From: Spirochaetales bacterium
GTDB lineage: Bacteria > Spirochaetota > Spirochaetia > JABEVK01
Length of the DNA stretch: 55,186 nt
Reading direction: 5' to 3'
Assembly (NCBI GenBank): GCA_037142615.1
Contig: JBAXAI010000025.1
Span: 1-55,186, forward strand
Shown: one piece after another, positions 8,866 through 17,413 of the stretch
Layout of the letters: each line of letters opens with the position of its first letter
Position numbering within the stretch: position 1 is the stretch's first letter
Position numbers and translations under genes: made by a program
Notes under the pieces: generated by a model
What the model was told of the DNA's origin: nothing
Database searches by the model: none
What the model saw: only the letters and a program-made list of their open reading frames with translations

Positions 8866-9609
8866 CTAGCGGCTGACGGTTTTGACCCAAAGAGGGTAGT
8901 GGTCCGACGGGAAGACGTCGATGCCACCCACCGTCACGAAGTCAGTGCACACTTCAGACTCAGCGACCTCGAGCCCCCGCGTCGCCACAAAGTCGAGGCG
9001 AGGGTTGCCCGAGCCGTCCGGTGGCCCCCCTTCTCCATAGAAGTCGTGGAAGGTGCCCCGGTGGTCGGCTAGGGCGTCGAACCAAGCCAGCTCGGCCAGC
9101 AGCGCCGAAGCGTCGAAGTTGAAGTCGCCCATCACAAGCACGGGCCAGTCTCCGGGGACAGACCTCTGTCGTCGGTCGGCCAGCGCGAACACCTGCCGGG
9201 CCTGCGGTAAATGGTCGCCCTCAACGCTCAAGTGGGTGTTGAGGACGAGAAGCCGCTGTCCCTCGAGCTCACCCAGCCCACGAAACTGTTGCCATTGCAC
9301 CCAGCGGTCTCCCCACGGGTCGGGGTCGCCGAAAGTGCCCAAGGTCTCGACTCCGCCGTCTAGTGCTTCCAGCCGGTCGGGCCGGTAGAGCAGGGCCAAC
9401 TCCTCGTGGCGCAGCACCTCGTAGCCTTGGCGCAGGTCGTCCACCTGAACGTCGGTGGACTCTTGCAGGCCCACCACGTCGGGCGCGACCCGGTGGAGCA
9501 GCGCTTGGGCCAGGGGTCGGCGCCTGGCCCAGCCGTTGCCGCGGGGAAGATCGGTGTGGTCGGCTCCGGCGGTGCGGAGGTTGAAGGTCATCGCGCCCAG
9601 AGGGTTCAT
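8866..9609 (-). CDS. Endonuclease/exonuclease/phosphatase (EEP) family protein
   Basis: MTFNLR, DVVGLQE, NTHL, MGDFN, RLDFV, PSDHYP. Confidence 0.9.
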   Translation of the reverse strand: MNPLGAMTFNLRTAGADHTDLPRGNGWARRRPLAQALLHRVAPDVVGLQESTDVQVDDLRQGYEVLRHEELALLYRPDRLEALDGGVETLGTFGDPDPWGDRWVQWQQFRGLGELEGQRLLVLNTHLSVEGDHLPQARQVFALADRRQRSVPGDWPVLVMGDFNFDASALLAELAWFDALADHRGTFHDFYGEGGPPDGSGNPRLDFVATRGLEVAESEVCTDFVTVGGIDVFPSDHYPLWVKTVSR

Positions 9610-9643
9610 AGCTCCATTCTAGCAGACCCGTAGTTTTTAAGGA

Positions 9644-9686
9644 TTATTTAAATAGGTATTTACAAATAGAAAAGCCGGGGTATACT
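9644..9686 (+). promoter_or_regulatory. Sigma70 promoter of the sugar operon overlapped by AT-rich palindromic operator
   Basis: TTTACA (9659-64)-N16-TATACT (9681-86); inverted repeat TAAATA-GG-TATTTA (9649-62) over the -35; GAGGAGG RBS at 9702. Confidence 0.65.
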
Positions 9687-9715
9687 GGCAGAAGATTTCA
9701 CGAGGAGGATTCATA

Positions 9716-11098
9716 GTGAAACGAACCCTGTCCCTGTTGGTCGTCGGATTGCTGACGGCCGTGTTCCTTCTGCCCCTGACCAGTTGCGGTCCCGCAGAGA
9801 TCAAAGGCGAGATTTCCTTCGCTTCGTCGCGCGAGCCCGAGGTGGACGCCGCCTTGATCGCGGGCTTCACCAAGTTGCACCCCGGCGTCAAGGTGACCCG
9901 CATTCAGATGGAAGAGGACTTTCCGGCCCAGTTTGCCGCCTTGGCTGCCGCCAACAAGCTGCCGGACGTCATGTACCACTACAAGTTGAGCTCGTTCGCC
10001 ACCAACGGCTGGCTGGCCCCCCTCGACAAGCTGCTGGCCAACGACCCCGACGCCAAGGACATTCTTCCCGTCGCGCTCGAGTCGGGCAAGTACTACGGCA
10101 AGCAGTATGCGCTGCCCTACTTCATCCAGTTCAACTGCTTGGTCGTCAACAAGGACCTGCTCGAAAAGAACAACGCCGATGTGCCGGCCTACGACTGGAC
10201 CATCCCCCAGTTCGACGCCCTGCTCAAGAAGTTCACCACCAACAAGACCAACGGCATCAACCACCTGTGGGGCTTTGAGTGGGACCTGACCCCCATCATC
10301 GACAACAACGTCGGTTGGCTGACCTACAAGGACCGCAAGTACGACTTCACCAACCCAGCCTACCTGACCTCCATCGGTTTGGTGCGCGGCTGGAAGGCTG
10401 CGGGCTATGCCTCCGATGACCTCGTTGCCGTCAAGGCGACCAAGCCTGGCTTCAAGAACGCTTACGAAGAGAAGTTCGGCGTGGGCGTGCCCGCCATCGA
10501 CACCGGCTTCACCGCCCTCGGCTACATCGGTACCTGGGACTGGGGTGGCTGGGTCCGCGTGCTGCCGTTCCAGAAGGATCTGCTCCCGATTCCGCATCCG
10601 GAAGGCGGCAAAATGATCCTGCCCATGCAGACCGACTACCTGTCGATCGCCTCGTCGACCAAGAACATGGACGCGTCCTACGCTTTTGCCAAGTACCTGT
10701 CGTTTGACCCGGCCGGCGCCCAGCTGACCTACGAAACCTACAGCAAGCTGCCGATTGAAAAGCAGTCGCTGCTCGGCCCTGTGACCACCAACCAGAAGGT
10801 GCTCGACGCGTTCAACGCCGTGAAGGGCTATCCGGACGGCTTCAAGTGGATGGTCGCCCACGCCAAGGACTCGTACGTCGCCGACCCCCAAAAGCGTATT
10901 CCCAACTGGGACCGCGTGTTCTGGGAAGTGGCCTACCCGAACCTCGAAAAGGTGCAGAACGGTGAGCTGAACGCGGCCGACGTGGTGCAGGAAATCACCA
11001 CCAAGGGCAACGCCGCCTTGGCTGAGGAGTTTGCCAAGACCGACACCATCATGGCCAAGGTGCAAGCGGACTACGACGCCGCCCAGACCAAGAAATAG
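9716..11098 (+). CDS. Carbohydrate ABC transporter substrate-binding lipoprotein
   Basis: Signal with LTSC lipobox, LPDVM, YGKQYALPY, NKDLL..WT; strong RBS. Confidence 0.92.
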   Translation: MKRTLSLLVVGLLTAVFLLPLTSCGPAEIKGEISFASSREPEVDAALIAGFTKLHPGVKVTRIQMEEDFPAQFAALAAANKLPDVMYHYKLSSFATNGWLAPLDKLLANDPDAKDILPVALESGKYYGKQYALPYFIQFNCLVVNKDLLEKNNADVPAYDWTIPQFDALLKKFTTNKTNGINHLWGFEWDLTPIIDNNVGWLTYKDRKYDFTNPAYLTSIGLVRGWKAAGYASDDLVAVKATKPGFKNAYEEKFGVGVPAIDTGFTALGYIGTWDWGGWVRVLPFQKDLLPIPHPEGGKMILPMQTDYLSIASSTKNMDASYAFAKYLSFDPAGAQLTYETYSKLPIEKQSLLGPVTTNQKVLDAFNAVKGYPDGFKWMVAHAKDSYVADPQKRIPNWDRVFWEVAYPNLEKVQNGELNAADVVQEITTKGNAALAEEFAKTDTIMAKVQADYDAAQTKK

Positions 11099-11114
11099 TC
11101 TCAGATTGATTGAT

Positions 11115-11149
11115 AGGCCGCCACTGCCCTCGGTGGCGGCCTTTTTTTT
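11115..11149 (+). terminator. Rho-independent terminator inside the operon
   Basis: AGGCCGCCAC-8 nt loop-GTGGCGGCCT followed by a T-run. Confidence 0.85.
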
Positions 11150-11171
11150 CCCTGGCCGCCGGAGACACCCT

Positions 11172-12842
11172 GTGAACGACGCGACACTCCTGTACGCCCA
11201 AGCCGAGCTCGAACGTGGGGTGATAGCCCTCAGCGGAAGCCGTCCGTCGATCGGGCTTGCCGTCGATCCTGCGCGGTGGTCGCTGGCCGACGCCACGCTC
11301 GACGACGCCTGGGCCGCCGAGGTGGTGGCCGGGCAGGGGACTCTGGTGGGTTCCAATCCGCGCGCGGTGCTGTTGGGCGTGTACGACCTGTTGCGCCGTT
11401 GGGGGTGCGCCTTTTTGCGTCCCGGTCCGTTGGGCGAGGTGTTTCCGCGCCGTGCGAGGGCCGAGTTGTCGGCGAGCTACTCGCTGGTGGCTTCGAGGCG
11501 GCATCGCGGGTTGTGCATGGAAGGCTCGCTGTCGCTCGAGCACGTGCTGGCGCTCATCGACTGGATGCCCAAAGCCGGCTTCAATGCCTACTTTGTGCAG
11601 TTTCGCGAAGGGTATAACTTCTTTGAACGCTGGTACGGCCAGCCATTCGACGTGGAACAATGCCGCGCCCTGATTCCGCCGCTGGTGGAGGCGCTCAAAC
11701 TCCGTGGAATGCTCTATCATGCTGTGGGGCATGGGTTTACCTGCGAGGCGTACGGGGTGCCGGGCCTTGGATGGATGGAGACGAAAACGCCCTGGCCCGA
11801 AGAGCACAGGGGGGCGCTGGCCCTGCGTGGCACCACCCGTGAATTGGTGGGTGAGGCTCCGCTGATTACGGCCCTTTGTTATTCCCATCCCGCGGTCCAG
11901 GAAAGGATAACGGAGGAGGGGGCCCGCTACGCTGGCGATCACCCCGAGATCGACTACTTGCATTTTTGGCTCGACGACGGCAACGGCAACAAGTGCCAGT
12001 GCGAAAACTGCACCGCCACCCGCTTGGCCGACCAGTACTTCGAGATTCTCAATCTTCTCGACGCCAAGCTGACCGAACGCGGCCTTTCGACCCGGGTGGC
12101 CTTTTTGGCCTACCACGAGTTGCTGTGGCCGCCTCAGACCCAAACTCTGCGCAACCCGGCGCGGTTCACCTTCATGTTCGCTCCCATCCAGCGGACCACA
12201 GCCCAGCCTCTGCCGACTTTCGCCGAAGCAGCGGAGCTCCCTGTGCCGGGCGCCCTGGCGGAATACCGCGTCGTCGAGCCCCTGTTCCCGAAGACCAACG
12301 CCGACCTCGTCGCCCATTTGCAAGCCTGGAATGCCGTGTGGAAGGGCGACCGCTTCGATTTCGACTACTACCTGTGGCACGCCAACGACGCCAGCCAGGT
12401 GGAACCGGCGAAGGTGATTTTCGACGACCTTCGACGCCAGGACGCGTTGGGTTTGAACGGACTGATCAACTGCCAGCCCAACCGCCTGTTCGCGGGTACG
12501 GGTGTGGCGTTGTGGGTGATGGGACGCGCCCTGACCGATGGCGAGGCTCGCTTCGACGACCTGGTCGACGAATGGAACCAGGCCGCCTTCGGCACCGGCG
12601 TTGACACCAACCCCCTGGTGATCCTCCGCTCGCACGCGATCCGCGACTTTTTTGAGCGGGCCGTCGCCCTTCGCCACCGTGTGGATGCCGCGAACGGTGC
12701 CGACAAACAGGCAGCCTGGGACGAGTTGCAAGCCTTCACCGCCACCCACGAGGCCGAGTTTGCCCTGGAGTTTGACCGATTCTGCTTTCTCGAGAAGACT
12801 GCCAAGACGATGAAGGAACTTCGACAACGGGGCACACTTTGA
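11172..12842 (+). CDS. DUF4838-like putative glycoside hydrolase
   Basis: GSNPRAVLLGVYDLL (GH20b/GH67-N-like), IDWMPKAGFN, LCYSHP, HFWLDDG..CQCENC, FLAY; GTG 11172 after GGAGA. Confidence 0.7.
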   Translation: MNDATLLYAQAELERGVIALSGSRPSIGLAVDPARWSLADATLDDAWAAEVVAGQGTLVGSNPRAVLLGVYDLLRRWGCAFLRPGPLGEVFPRRARAELSASYSLVASRRHRGLCMEGSLSLEHVLALIDWMPKAGFNAYFVQFREGYNFFERWYGQPFDVEQCRALIPPLVEALKLRGMLYHAVGHGFTCEAYGVPGLGWMETKTPWPEEHRGALALRGTTRELVGEAPLITALCYSHPAVQERITEEGARYAGDHPEIDYLHFWLDDGNGNKCQCENCTATRLADQYFEILNLLDAKLTERGLSTRVAFLAYHELLWPPQTQTLRNPARFTFMFAPIQRTTAQPLPTFAEAAELPVPGALAEYRVVEPLFPKTNADLVAHLQAWNAVWKGDRFDFDYYLWHANDASQVEPAKVIFDDLRRQDALGLNGLINCQPNRLFAGTGVALWVMGRALTDGEARFDDLVDEWNQAAFGTGVDTNPLVILRSHAIRDFFERAVALRHRVDAANGADKQAAWDELQAFTATHEAEFALEFDRFCFLEKTAKTMKELRQRGTL

Positions 12843-15649
12843 CCAAGACTGTCGGCTGGGCCCTCGGCGGCGGTGTGGCGCTGGTCGCGGCGGGTCTGCT
12901 GTCGGTTGCCGCGCTCACCTTTGATGGCTGGTCACCCCCCTCGGTCCCGGGTCCCCGCGAACCGCCCGTGGGAGTGCCGGCGCCCACCACCAGACAGACC
13001 CTGCCGGAAGCTGGTCAGTTGGAGTTCGTGGTTGAGGGCGGGGCCGCCCGCGAGCTGGAGCTCACCTACCGGGTGCCGGGTACCGCCGTGGCCAAGGCCA
13101 CGCTCGAGGTGCGCGTCGACGGTGTTCTGCCCAGCGCGGACTGGCGCGCCGTCACGCTCGATCAGCCTTGGCAGGACTACGGCCCCCGAAGTTTCGACCG
13201 CTACCACATCGAGACGACCTCGGCGCAGGCTCCGGTGGCAACGTGGCTGCGTGCCCGGCTCGAGGAGGCCTCGCGGCTCAGCGGCGTTCCGCTTCGCCTC
13301 GATCTGGCCCCTGGACCGCACCGCGTCACGCTGCTCAACCGGGGGGCGCCGGTTGAGATCGGTGGCCTCCGAAGTGTTCCCGTGGTTGTTCCGCCGACAG
13401 CGCCAAGCGCAGAACGCGTCGGGTCCAACCCGGCCGGCCTCAACCCGCTGGCCGTGATCGAGGCCGAAAACTACGCCTGGCGGAGCGAAAGCGTCGTGCG
13501 TGCCGCCGCCGAGCCAGGGCTAGCCGCCTACCCAAATGCCGCCGATCGCCGCCTGCTGAACACTCTCGACGAAAGCTCGTGGGCGTTGCCGGGTCAAACC
13601 GTCGCCTGGGACGTCGAGGTGGCCGCCGACGGCTGGTACCAGTTGGGTTTGCGCTCCAAGCGCTCGGCCAAAGAGAACGCCGCCAGCTATCGCGACCTGC
13701 TGATCGACGGTGCGGTTCCTTCGGCCGACGCGGTGGCGGTGCCCTTCGAGTGGACCCAGGGGCGCTGGACCACCGGCTTGTTCGGCCCGGCCGGCAAGCC
13801 GGTCACCTTCTGGCTGACCAAGGGCCGCCACGAATTGGTACTGCGCGCCGACGCCGGGCCGTCCGCCGCTGCGGTCCGGTCGGTCCGGTCGGTGATGGAC
13901 GCGCTGAGCGACTTCGGGCTCGAGGCCCGCAAAGCCATCGGCAACAGCAGCGACGCCGACCGCACGTGGGACGTCGACCGGTATTTGCCCGGGGCCGCCA
14001 CCCGCCTCAAGGGCTGGGCCGCCCGACTGGAGTCCATCTACCAATCGCTTGGTTCGGGCCATGGAAACCCCACGTTCGCCGAAAACCTGCGCATCGCCGC
14101 CAGCCGTCTGCGCGAGGCTGCCGACAAGCCACGCCAGATCCCCAGCCGACTGCCGAGCATCAGCGAGGGCGACTCGTCGGCCTTGCGGCTGCTCGCCGAC
14201 ACGTTGCAACAGCTGTCGTCGCAGCCCTTGGGGCTGGACCGCCTCTACTTGGTCACCCCAGGAACCCCGCTACCCGACCTCAGCCCCTCGCCCGTTGCAA
14301 CCTTGCTCGTAGACCTTCGGAGCTTCCTTCGTTCGTTTGTTCCCGGCGAGTCGGCGTATTTTGGCCGGTCCGGGGCCAACGCCGCCTTGCAGGTGTGGGT
14401 CAACCTGCCGCTGCAGTACGTGCAGATCGTCCAGCAGATGGCCGACAGTCGGTTTACCCCGGCCACCGGCATCGCCGTCGACCTTTCGGTGTTGCAGGGC
14501 GACCAGAAGCTGCTGCTGGCCAACTCGACCCGCGAGGCGCCCGACGCGGCCACGGGCATCGCCACCGGTCTACCCTACGCCTACGGCATCCGGGGTGCGG
14601 TGGCCGACCTGGCCTCGTTCCCGGGCTTTCAAACCTTTGTACAGCAAAACTTTGCCGCGCAAAGCATCGTACCCTACACGCTGGGCAGCAAGGTGTGGGG
14701 CCTCACCGAAGCGCAGGACTTCTACGTGCTATTTTGGCGCAAGGACATCTTTGCCAACCTGGGGCTCACCCCGCCGCAAACGTGGGACGACGTGAAAGAC
14801 CTTCTGCCGGTGCTGGAACGCCGGTCGATGGACTTTTACGTGCCGCTGGCGGGCTGGAACGGCTACAAGCCGTTTTACACCACGCTGCCGTTTGTGTGGC
14901 AGGAGAACGGCCGGGTGTACCAGCCCGACGGCGCATCGACGGCCTTCAGCACCGAGGCCAGCTTGAAGGGCATCCGGCTGATGACCGACCTGTTCCGGCT
15001 CTACAGCATGCCTTTGCAGGTGCCGAGCTTCTACAACGACTTCCGCTACGGACGCATACCGGTCGGCGTGGCCAACTTTTCAACCTACGTGTGGCTGAAG
15101 TCCGCCGCCCCCGAACTGGCTGGGCTGTGGGACATCGCTCCCTCGCCGGGGGTGCGCCAGGCCGACGGGTCCATCGTCCGCTCGCAGATTGCCGCCGACC
15201 GCGCCGACGTCATCCTGGAAGGCTCGAAGCGCAAGGACGACGCGTGGAAGTACCTGCAATGGTGGCTGAGCGCCGAAACGCAGACCGACTTTGCCTTTGC
15301 CCTCGAAAGCCGGTTCGGGCCGGAATACCTGTGGAACTCGTCGAACCTGAAGGCGTTTGCCAACCTGCCCATGGAGGCCGCGCACAAGGCCGTCGTGTTG
15401 GAACAGTGGAAGCAGATCCGCGAACTGCCCCCGCACCCCGCTGCCTACATGGTCGAGCGCTCGCTTTCGGACCTGTGGAACTCGGTGGTGGTGGAAGGCA
15501 GAACGTCGCGGCTGGCCGCCGACCGTGCCAACGTCGAGGCCGACCGCGAGATTGTGCGCAAGCTCGAGGAGTTCGGTTACGCTCAGAACGGCGAGCTGAC
15601 CCGGCCCTACCCGGTGCCCGAAACTTCACTGGCTGGAGGTGCCCCATGA
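12839..15649 (+). CDS. Large extracellular solute-binding protein with N-terminal CBM-like beta-sandwich domains
   Basis: N-terminal anchor; IEAENY, VAADGWYQLGLR, LTKGRHEL CBM-like segments; C-terminal SBP motifs (FTPATGIAV, PQTWDD, APELAGLWDIA, AWKYLQWWLSAETQ). Confidence 0.85.
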   Translation: MTKTVGWALGGGVALVAAGLLSVAALTFDGWSPPSVPGPREPPVGVPAPTTRQTLPEAGQLEFVVEGGAARELELTYRVPGTAVAKATLEVRVDGVLPSADWRAVTLDQPWQDYGPRSFDRYHIETTSAQAPVATWLRARLEEASRLSGVPLRLDLAPGPHRVTLLNRGAPVEIGGLRSVPVVVPPTAPSAERVGSNPAGLNPLAVIEAENYAWRSESVVRAAAEPGLAAYPNAADRRLLNTLDESSWALPGQTVAWDVEVAADGWYQLGLRSKRSAKENAASYRDLLIDGAVPSADAVAVPFEWTQGRWTTGLFGPAGKPVTFWLTKGRHELVLRADAGPSAAAVRSVRSVMDALSDFGLEARKAIGNSSDADRTWDVDRYLPGAATRLKGWAARLESIYQSLGSGHGNPTFAENLRIAASRLREAADKPRQIPSRLPSISEGDSSALRLLADTLQQLSSQPLGLDRLYLVTPGTPLPDLSPSPVATLLVDLRSFLRSFVPGESAYFGRSGANAALQVWVNLPLQYVQIVQQMADSRFTPATGIAVDLSVLQGDQKLLLANSTREAPDAATGIATGLPYAYGIRGAVADLASFPGFQTFVQQNFAAQSIVPYTLGSKVWGLTEAQDFYVLFWRKDIFANLGLTPPQTWDDVKDLLPVLERRSMDFYVPLAGWNGYKPFYTTLPFVWQENGRVYQPDGASTAFSTEASLKGIRLMTDLFRLYSMPLQVPSFYNDFRYGRIPVGVANFSTYVWLKSAAPELAGLWDIAPSPGVRQADGSIVRSQIAADRADVILEGSKRKDDAWKYLQWWLSAETQTDFAFALESRFGPEYLWNSSNLKAFANLPMEAAHKAVVLEQWKQIRELPPHPAAYMVERSLSDLWNSVVVEGRTSRLAADRANVEADREIVRKLEEFGYAQNGELTRPYPVPETSLAGGAP

Positions 15650-16524
15650 ACAAGAACAAGGGCGTGTTCGTGCTGATGGCGCCGTACTTCACGCTGTACG
15701 CGGTGTTTATTCTGCTGCCCATCTTGCTGGCGGGGGCCCTGAGTTTCAGCAACTTCAACGGCGTCAGGTTTCCGGACTTCACCGGGCTGCGCAACTATGT
15801 GGTGCTACTGACTCAGGACCCGGTCTTCTTGCGCAACGTGCTGCCCAACACGCTGCGTTTTGCCGTTCTGGCCGGCTTGGGCGGCTACGCGCTGAGCTTC
15901 TTTTTGGCGTGGAGCCTGGCGCAGATCACGCCGCGCATCCGCACTGTGTTTGCGGTGCTGCTCTATCTGCCGTCGATGACCGGCGGCATCATTCTGACCG
16001 CCGTGTGGAGCATTGTGTTTGCTGGCAACGAGTCGGGCTACCTCAACGGCCTTTTGATGAGCTGGGGCTTTTTGCCGCGCCCCATCCAGTGGCTGCAGGA
16101 CCCCGACTACCTGCTGCCCATCATGATCCTGGTGAGCCTGTGGAGTTCGATGGGGGTCGGGTTTTTGGCGATGTTGGCTGGTATTCTCAACGTGGACAAG
16201 GAATTGTATGACGCCGCCCGCATTGACGGGGTTCGTAACCGCGCGCAGGAGCTGATCTACGTCACCATCCCGTCGATGCGGCCGCAGATGCTCTTCGGTG
16301 CGGTAATGGCCATTGTGGGCACGTTCCAGAACGGTGCCATCGGCCCGGCGCTCACGGGCAGCAACCCTACGCCGCAGTACGCTGGGCAGCTCATCGTCAA
16401 CCACGTCGAAGACTACGGCTTCATCCGCTTCGAGATGGGCTACGCGGCGGCCGTGTCGCTGGCGTTGCTGGCGGGCATCTGGCTGATCTCGCGGCTGGCC
16501 TGGAAGGTGTTTGGCGATGAGTAA
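15646..16524 (+). CDS. Carbohydrate ABC permease (MalF-like)
   Basis: GLRNY, ELYDAARIDG EAA loop, EMGYAAA; ATGA overlap with upstream gene. Confidence 0.93.
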   Translation: MNKNKGVFVLMAPYFTLYAVFILLPILLAGALSFSNFNGVRFPDFTGLRNYVVLLTQDPVFLRNVLPNTLRFAVLAGLGGYALSFFLAWSLAQITPRIRTVFAVLLYLPSMTGGIILTAVWSIVFAGNESGYLNGLLMSWGFLPRPIQWLQDPDYLLPIMILVSLWSSMGVGFLAMLAGILNVDKELYDAARIDGVRNRAQELIYVTIPSMRPQMLFGAVMAIVGTFQNGAIGPALTGSNPTPQYAGQLIVNHVEDYGFIRFEMGYAAAVSLALLAGIWLISRLAWKVFGDE

Positions 16525-17413
16525 GAAACCGCGCAAGAGCAGCATCCTCACCGGTTCGGTGATCGACCCGCAGCGCTTCCACAAGAGCCAGCTCAAGTTC
16601 TACGCCTACCTCGTGCCCATCGTGGTGTTCATGTCGCTGCCCATCTTGTACATCGTGGCGACGGCCTTCAAGCCGCTCGACGAGCTGGCCGCGTTTCCGC
16701 CCCGGTTCTGGGTCATCTCGCCGACGCTGAACAACTTTGTCGACCTGGCCAAAGTGTCAGGCGGCTTTGGCGTGCCGGTGAGCCGCTACCTGTTCAACAG
16801 TCTGCTGGTGTCGGCGGCGGTGGTGTTCCTTACGCTGGTGCTGTCGGTGACGGCAGGGTACGCGCTGTCGAAGAAGCGCTTTCGTGGGCGCGAATTGTTC
16901 GGCGCCATCAACACGTTGGCGCTGATGTTCGTGCCGGTGGCGGTGGCGATTCCGCGTTTTCTCATCGTGGCCGGCTCGGGGATGACGAACACCTACCTGG
17001 CGCACATCGTGCCGCTCATCGCCTTGCCGGTGGGGCTGTTTCTGCTCAAGCAGTTCATCGACCAGATTCCCGACTCGTTGCTCGAGGCGGCGCGCATCGA
17101 CGGCGCGGGCGACTTCCGCATTTTGCTCCACGTCATCGTGCCCAACATTCTGCCTGCCCTCGCGACCGTGGCGATCTTGAGCTTCCAGACCGTGTGGAAC
17201 GGTACCGAGACTTCGGCCTTCTTTGTTACAGACGAGAGCCTCAAGACCTTCGCCTACAGCCTGTCGGTGCTCAGCTCGGCCGGCAGCAACACCGCGGTCG
17301 GGCAGGGGATTGCGGCCGCTGCCGCGCTGGTGCAGTTTTTGCCCAACCTGGTGCTGTTCGTGTTGTTGCAGTCGCGCGTGATGAACACCTTGGTTCACTC
17401 GGGGATCAAGTGA
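16517..17413 (+). CDS. Carbohydrate ABC permease (MalG-like)
   Basis: TAFKP, YLFNS, AGYALSK, IPDSLLEAARIDGA, ends SGIK. Confidence 0.93.
   Translation: MSKKPRKSSILTGSVIDPQRFHKSQLKFYAYLVPIVVFMSLPILYIVATAFKPLDELAAFPPRFWVISPTLNNFVDLAKVSGGFGVPVSRYLFNSLLVSAAVVFLTLVLSVTAGYALSKKRFRGRELFGAINTLALMFVPVAVAIPRFLIVAGSGMTNTYLAHIVPLIALPVGLFLLKQFIDQIPDSLLEAARIDGAGDFRILLHVIVPNILPALATVAILSFQTVWNGTETSAFFVTDESLKTFAYSLSVLSSAGSNTAVGQGIAAAAALVQFLPNLVLFVLLQSRVMNTLVHSGIK

Noticed and set aside
3831-11230. Partial matches to the palindromic element (AGCCTATCAC at 3832, GGGGTGATAG at 11217)
   Set aside because: Only 10-nt half-sites with no partner arm or array; compatible with chance
13579-16524. 981-aa ORF as a fused giant permease (likewise the extensions at 21770, 40884, 36448)
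   Set aside because: The N-terminal part is an Arg/Gly-rich off-frame reading of the upstream gene; real starts have an RBS or stop-start overlap
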